From NCBI GenBank assembly GCA_963735845.1, contig CAVTMN010000007.1:197014-261013 (forward strand): a stretch of 64,000 bases of DNA, in the 5' to 3' direction. Below, one piece after another: positions 59,446 through 64,000 of the stretch (the first letter of the stretch is position 1; each line of letters opens with the position of its first letter). The translations under genes and the position numbers were made by a program. Below the pieces are notes generated by a model, which saw only the letters and a program-made list of their open reading frames with translations, searched no databases and had not been told where the DNA came from. This DNA comes from Vulcanimicrobiota bacterium. GTDB taxonomy: Bacteria > Vulcanimicrobiota > Vulcanimicrobiia > Vulcanimicrobiales > Vulcanimicrobiaceae.

Positions 59446-60501
59446 ATGGGAAAACTTAGAGGCACCGTATCGTGTGTGATGTGCGGGGCCAGCGAGCAGG
59501 CTTCGGCGCGGGCGGTAAGCAAAACGCAACCGATGAGAGAGCTTCCCGCGATCCCTTGGGTTGCCGGCGTATTGGCAGCCGCAGTCGCCGTTGCTGGGTG
59601 CAGCGGCGGATCGCAAACACAGCCCACCGCGAACGCGCAGTTGCTTAGACGAGGCGCGTCGTGGATGGCTGCGGGCCTGGCGAAGCGCGATCTGCTCTAC
59701 CTTTCAGACGACGGCGACGGCAACGTGTACGTGTATTCGTTTCCCGATGCCAAGCTCCAGGGGACGCTGACCGGCTTGAACGTCCCGGCGGGTGAATGCG
59801 TTGACAAAGCGGGCGACGTCTGGATCGTTGAAGAGGGGACCAACGACATCGTCGAGTACGCGCACGGCGGCACCATCCCGATCGCTACCTTGACCGAAAC
59901 CAACAACGCCCCGGAAGGCTGCTCGGTGGATCCGACGACGGGAAACCTCGCCGTTGCCAACGCCCAAACCTTGAGCGGCGGCGCCGGAAGTGTCGGCGTA
60001 TACGCACACGCTCAGGGCACGCCGACGCTCTACACCGACAGCCAGATGAAGTTCGTTCTGTTCGTGACGTACGACGACGGAGGCAACCTCTACGCCGATG
60101 GAGTCGACTCGTCGCTTGCGTACCGGCTGGCTGAGCTTCGCAAGAATGCCGGAACGCTCATCCCAATCGCGTTCAATCAGAGCATCGTCCAACCCACCAA
60201 CATTCAGTGGGACCGCAAGTACTTAGCCGTTGGAGACGGAGGCGGCATCGTAGGGACGAGCGCCCCGGTGATCTATCACGTCAAAGTCGCGCACTCCGCC
60301 GGCACGGTGGTCGGCGAGACTCCGCTCACCGGGACGACGGGCATCTTTCAGTTCTTCATCCACGGCGACACCTTCATCGGGCCCAACCTCGGCAACGAGA
60401 ACGTCCTGTTCTGGAAATATTCCGCCGGCGGTATGCCGACAAAAGCGATCGGCGGATTCAACGATCCGTTTGGCTCGGCGGTCAGCGAAGGTAAGAAGTG
60501 A
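59446..60501 (+). CDS. Lipoprotein, beta-propeller-like (paralogue A)
   Basis: Lipobox AVAVAGC. Intact 351 aa and clearly paralogous to 60762..61790. Confidence 0.6.
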   Translation: MGKLRGTVSCVMCGASEQASARAVSKTQPMRELPAIPWVAGVLAAAVAVAGCSGGSQTQPTANAQLLRRGASWMAAGLAKRDLLYLSDDGDGNVYVYSFPDAKLQGTLTGLNVPAGECVDKAGDVWIVEEGTNDIVEYAHGGTIPIATLTETNNAPEGCSVDPTTGNLAVANAQTLSGGAGSVGVYAHAQGTPTLYTDSQMKFVLFVTYDDGGNLYADGVDSSLAYRLAELRKNAGTLIPIAFNQSIVQPTNIQWDRKYLAVGDGGGIVGTSAPVIYHVKVAHSAGTVVGETPLTGTTGIFQFFIHGDTFIGPNLGNENVLFWKYSAGGMPTKAIGGFNDPFGSAVSEGKK

Positions 60502-60761
60502 GCCGGTGAAGAGAGATCGATTGCGGTGAGCCACGACGCTGCCGTCCAGCGCGTACTTAGGCCACCTCTCCGCGTTTCTTGAGACCTATTGAGGCTAGCA
60601 AACCAAATTTCAAAGGTGGTCACGGAAATCGAGAATGGCGCGTCTTTTGGAATCTTTAGCAGCGACAACCCATAACTCCAAGACTGAGGAGGACGCAGAC
60701 CGAAAGGCGGCTGCCTGATCGACGCCTTGAGCGGAACGTACAGGATTAAGGAGGCGGGCGC

Positions 60762-61790
60762 TTGTATGGGAACTCTGTTAACCGTGAACCTAGTTCACGA
60801 GAAAGCGAGCGTTCCACCGTGAAGCTCACACTTTTTTCTGCACATCTCGTCGGCGCGGCAACCGTCGCGCTCCTGGCCGGCTGCAGCGGCTCACAGACCG
60901 GCGCTCCGAGCGTTCCCTCTCAATCGACGTCGGCGGTCACGGCCAAGGCCAAGCACGCGCCGGTTGGGCCTTTGCTCTACATCTCGGACCCGGGGACGGG
61001 CCAAGTCCAGGTATTCAACTACCCTGCGGGCTCGCTCTTTCAGACGCTGACCGGCTTCGTGACGCCCGCCGGCGAGTGCGTCGACGCGGCCAGCAACGTT
61101 TACGTCACCGATACCGGCGCGAACACGATCGTCAAGTTTGCGCACGGGAATCCGGTTCCGGTGGCTACGCTAAGCGATTCCGGCGAACTTCCCGTCGCCT
61201 GCGCGTGGAAAAACAACAGAGTCGCGGTGGCCAATATCGCCACGACGAGCGGACCCCCTGGAAGTATTTCCGTTTACATCGGTGCCGCGACGACGCCCAA
61301 CTTTATCGCCTCGAATCCGACCGCGTTCTTGACGATCAACTACTTAGCATACCGCGCCGGAACGCTGTATCTCGACGGTCTAGATACGAGCAGCGTGTTT
61401 GCGTTCGGCAGCATGAACAATACCGGAACGATCACGCCGATCCCCATAACCGGGCCGGGTGGGGCGCCGGTCGCTCCGGGGGGCGTTGCGCGCCCGCCAT
61501 GGGCCGTCGCATACCTTGCCGTCGGCGATGCTGCCGGATCCACGATCTACCACATCAAGACGAACGGTTACTCGGTACTAAACGCACCGAACTCGCCGAC
61601 CGTTCTGACCGGAACTTGCAACACTATTCTGCAGTTCTTTCTCGTGAATATCGGGCCACAACAACACGAAGTCATCAACCCCGAGTCGTGTGCGGGTACC
61701 GTCGGCGTTCATAAGTTTCCGGCTGGGGGGCCATCTGGTTACAACTACACGGGCCTCGTTGCGCCGGTAGGAGCCGTCGTCAGCCCGTAG
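60762..61790 (+). CDS. Lipoprotein, beta-propeller-like (paralogue B)
   Basis: TTG 60762 lies 7 nt after AAGGAGG. Lipobox VALLAGC. LLYISDPGTGQVQVFNYPAGSLFQTLTGFVTPAGECVDAASNVYVTDTGANTIVKFAHG aligns with LLYLSDDGDGNVYVYSFPDAKLQGTLTGLNVPAGECVDKAGDVWIVEEGTNDIVEYAHG. Confidence 0.6.
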   Translation: MYGNSVNREPSSRESERSTVKLTLFSAHLVGAATVALLAGCSGSQTGAPSVPSQSTSAVTAKAKHAPVGPLLYISDPGTGQVQVFNYPAGSLFQTLTGFVTPAGECVDAASNVYVTDTGANTIVKFAHGNPVPVATLSDSGELPVACAWKNNRVAVANIATTSGPPGSISVYIGAATTPNFIASNPTAFLTINYLAYRAGTLYLDGLDTSSVFAFGSMNNTGTITPIPITGPGGAPVAPGGVARPPWAVAYLAVGDAAGSTIYHIKTNGYSVLNAPNSPTVLTGTCNTILQFFLVNIGPQQHEVINPESCAGTVGVHKFPAGGPSGYNYTGLVAPVGAVVSP

Positions 61791-62012
61791 CTGTAGAGCT
61801 GGCTCGGCGGCAGGTTGAAACCGGGGCCATGCCAGGCCCGCGGCGAGTCTTTTCTGTTCGTGCCGCCGTTGCTGGTCGGAGGTCACAACGCGGCGCACCT
61901 AGGCTCACGCGGTCTTGAAATGCTTACAGCTAACCTCGATAAGTCTCCGCAAGTTTCATTTAAGCACGATTCGCCAGCTTCTCATACCTAACCGAGTCGC
62001 GTTACGTCTTAT

Positions 62013-62062
62013 TTGGTGAGAAAATTGGTGAGACGATAACGTGTTTCTCACGAGGGTCTCAC
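62013..62062. repeat. Nested direct/inverted repeat element
   Basis: TTGGTGAGA (62013-21) and TTGGTGAGA (62025-33) are followed by TCTCAC (62046-51) and TCTCAC (62057-62). That is two direct copies and two inverted copies, able to fold as an interrupted hairpin. Confidence 0.6.
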
Positions 62063-62173
62063 AGGCGATTTCTAACAACTCGCGCTGACTCCAGATCGTG
62101 GCGGTTCCTCGAGGGATGCCTTAAATGCGGCTGTTACTCCGCTACTCTTGTGCTCCATGCCCTAATTCTGTTG

Positions 62174-62860
62174 TCAGAGCGGCATTCTAAAGAGCGTTCC
62201 GCAACCTACTCCAAAGGTGAGGCAGTCTGACATGTTTCCACCCCCTCGCGTCGTACCATACAACGAGCCGTTTAATTCGAAGAGCCCCGCGTCGGGCGTC
62301 TGGCCATCGGTGCCGCCCTCGAAGGTGTAGAGGACGCTCTCATGCCTGGAACCGTCAATCTTGAAGATCGTGCCGTAGCCGGTCGTGCCGCCGGAAGGAG
62401 GTTGTGCCGTACAGCGCACCGTCGACGCTGATGATCGGTGAAACGGGGTTTTCGCCGTCGCGACCGCCCGCGAAGCTATGGATAACGCGTTCGTCTCCGG
62501 ACGCGGTTATCGCATAAACCGTGCCCAATTGATGCGCTCCGCCCCCAAGAAGTCGTACCGTACAGCATGTCGCCGGAATAGATCAGCTTGGCATCAGGCT
62601 GAACGCCATCATCCTGTCCACCGAACGTGTGGAGTACAGTCTCCTCGCCCCTAGTGGTGATCTTGAAGGCTGCTGCCCTACAACAACGCTCCCCAGCGGT
62701 GACAAAAGGAATCGGGTTTTGCCGCCGCGACGATATCTCGATAGCTCACGGCAGAAGTGCGCAGAGAGCGGCGCCTGCGACCCCTCCCGGTCTGAGATCC
62801 CGCTCGTATTTTGTGACATCGAACATCCGCCCAAAAAGACAGCAGGCCGCGGTTGCAGCG
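62174..62860 (-). pseudogene. Decayed C-terminal fragment of a tandem-repeat (GloVer-type, LYGTT..GG..GTVFK) protein
   Basis: At least three repeat units are spread over different frames: ..AFKITTRGEETVLHTFGGQDDGVQPDAKLIYSGDMLYGTT / GTVYAITASGDERVIHSFAGGRDGENPVSPIISVDGALYGTT / GYGTIFKIDGSRHESVLYTFEGGTDGQTPDAGLFELNGSLYGTTRGGG. No start or N-terminal part is present. Confidence 0.55.
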
Positions 62861-62889
62861 AACACCACTCACGAAAAAGGAAAACTTAG

Positions 62890-63529
62890 ATGAGTTTTGG
62901 GACGGTTCCGCGCAACGATCCTGACGGGCTCTTCGGGTTCGACGCATCGATATACGTGCACGAAATCGATTGGAAAATGATAGAATCTGCTGGACACTTT
63001 TAACTTCGGGTTCATTGAGTGCGCGAGCGAGCTGAAGCCTAGTATCCCGTTTAAGAGCATATGGAATGACGCTGCCCGCTCGATACCGTGCGGCTCTTAT
63101 CAGCGAATATCGACGGCCAATGTCGGGAAAACATATGCTTCGGCGTTCATAGACGACTTCATGTCAGCTACCGCTCTAAAAGATACGGACCTTCCTCCGG
63201 TCCTCGACGTGGAAGCTGACACTGACGGACATATTAGAACACCGGAACTCTATTTGAAGTCCATGGATGATTGGATTGAGATGATTGAAGCGCGCTTCAA
63301 ACGGCGCCCGATCACTTATACGGGACCGTCATTTTGGAGGCACATCGGAAGCGCGACGAAATATGGAAATCACCCGCTATGGATTGCCAAAGACTGTGTT
63401 CCTAGGCCTGACGTTCCAGCGCCTTGGCAAGGGTACCACTTTTGGCAATATGCTCAAAATGTGAGCTCTGCTGGATTCGGGCGCGAAACTGTAGATGTCG
63501 ATTTCTTTGGTGGTGACGGTGCCAGTTGA
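62890..63529 (+). CDS. GH25-family muramidase (lysozyme), about 48-50% GC; one frame break
   Basis: AAGGA lies upstream of ATG 62890. GFDASIYVHEIDWKMIESAG (GIDVSxxQGxIDW block) / FGFIECASE..SIWNDAARSIPCGSY..DLPPVLDVEAD..RPITYTGPSFW..HPLWIAKD..WQGYHFWQYAQ..VDVDFFGGD. The break is near ~62990. Confidence 0.65.
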
Positions 63530-64000
63530 AAAAGATAATTGATGATTCGAAGCTGTAATTGCGGAAGCCCCTGCTCGCTCTTTACATGCGAAGCAAAAAT
63601 CCAGCAAATCCCAGTCGACGCAAGAAACCCAAGAAATAGGCGGTTTTTCCGTGTAAAATCGTGGCCTTTTGGAGGCAAGACCGCTTCGCTCGCGTTCGCG
63701 TTTTCCGCCCGTTGCCGTCTCACTTGTCGTACGATCGTCGTAAGGTTCTACCCAAGCCTCGTTTGGCCGAGTCCTTCAGTTTGTTAGTACGCAGCGGTCC
63801 GGTAGTATACAAAACGACATCAGGCTTGCTTGAATTTCGAGAAGCGATTTGCGAAGCTCGTATAGGAGCGTAAAGGCGCTCGCGGTATTGGGAGCCTCAT
63901 CTGAAGGTCGCGTCCGTCTTTTGCCCACGCCTTCGAGCCGACGTCTAATCCAACGGACTAACCAAGTATTTTTACAAAGGTATCTGTAAGTTTCGCCAGT

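Noticed and set aside
1-64000. Search for tRNA, rRNA, CRISPR arrays, IS elements, transposases, integrases, toxin-antitoxin pairs and known defence systems
   Set aside because: I saw no cloverleaf-like or rRNA-like sequence in the few non-coding gaps, no spacer-repeat periodicity, no DDE or tyrosine-recombinase motifs, and no recognisable defence gene sets. The STAND ATPase has no effector domain and sits in a hyp operon, so I read it as a regulator rather than an Avs-like defence protein.
63773-64000. Open minus-strand frame entering from the window end (..TYRYLCKNTWLVRWIRRRLEGVGK..SLMSFCILPDRCVLTN*)
   Set aside because: It has no recognisable family and only ~75 codons are visible, in a decayed low-GC region. 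It cannot be supported as a gene from this window alone.

Overview
High-GC (about 64-66% by eye) bacterial chromosomal window, densely coding on both strands. I found no rRNA, tRNA, CRISPR array, transposase or integrase. The centrepiece is a roughly 20 kb nickel/[NiFe]-hydrogenase island at about 23.8-43.5 kb. One arm (minus strand) carries hypA, hypB, a STAND-ATPase regulator and a HoxN/NixA-type Ni transporter. The other arm (plus strand) is a 17-gene, almost gap-free operon. It starts with a group 1h/5-type (high-affinity, Tat-less) small and large subunit pair. Its genes, in order: NifU-like, three conserved cluster proteins, the maturation protease, a small membrane-helix protein, two tandem YceI-like proteins, hypC, a second hypC-like gene, hypD, hypE, a double-SIS protein, a glutaredoxin-like protein and hypF. 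A His-rich peptide and an RHH protein sit next to the Ni transporter. Flanking content: a kynurenine-pathway pair (kynA-kynU), MATE, MFS-acyltransferase and CDF transporters, a giant TamB-like protein plus a coiled-coil partner, and five exported peptidases (S53, S9, retropepsin-like, M28, S51). Further flanking genes are an alkyltransferase-like MGMT homologue with Cys replaced by Ala, several paralogous lipoproteins and a MASE1-PP2C-HATPase sensor. A candidate selenoprotein has an in-frame UGA at the CxxC position of a thioredoxin fold. A lower-GC tail (about 61.8-64 kb) holds a decayed repeat protein and a GH25 lysozyme. About 50 reading-frame breaks interrupt otherwise well-conserved genes, with about 10 in the two hydrogenase structural genes alone, so many track ORFs are fragments or artificial fusions. 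I cannot tell from the sequence whether these are assembly indels or real decay. All coordinates of frame-disrupted genes are outer spans reconstructed by eye.
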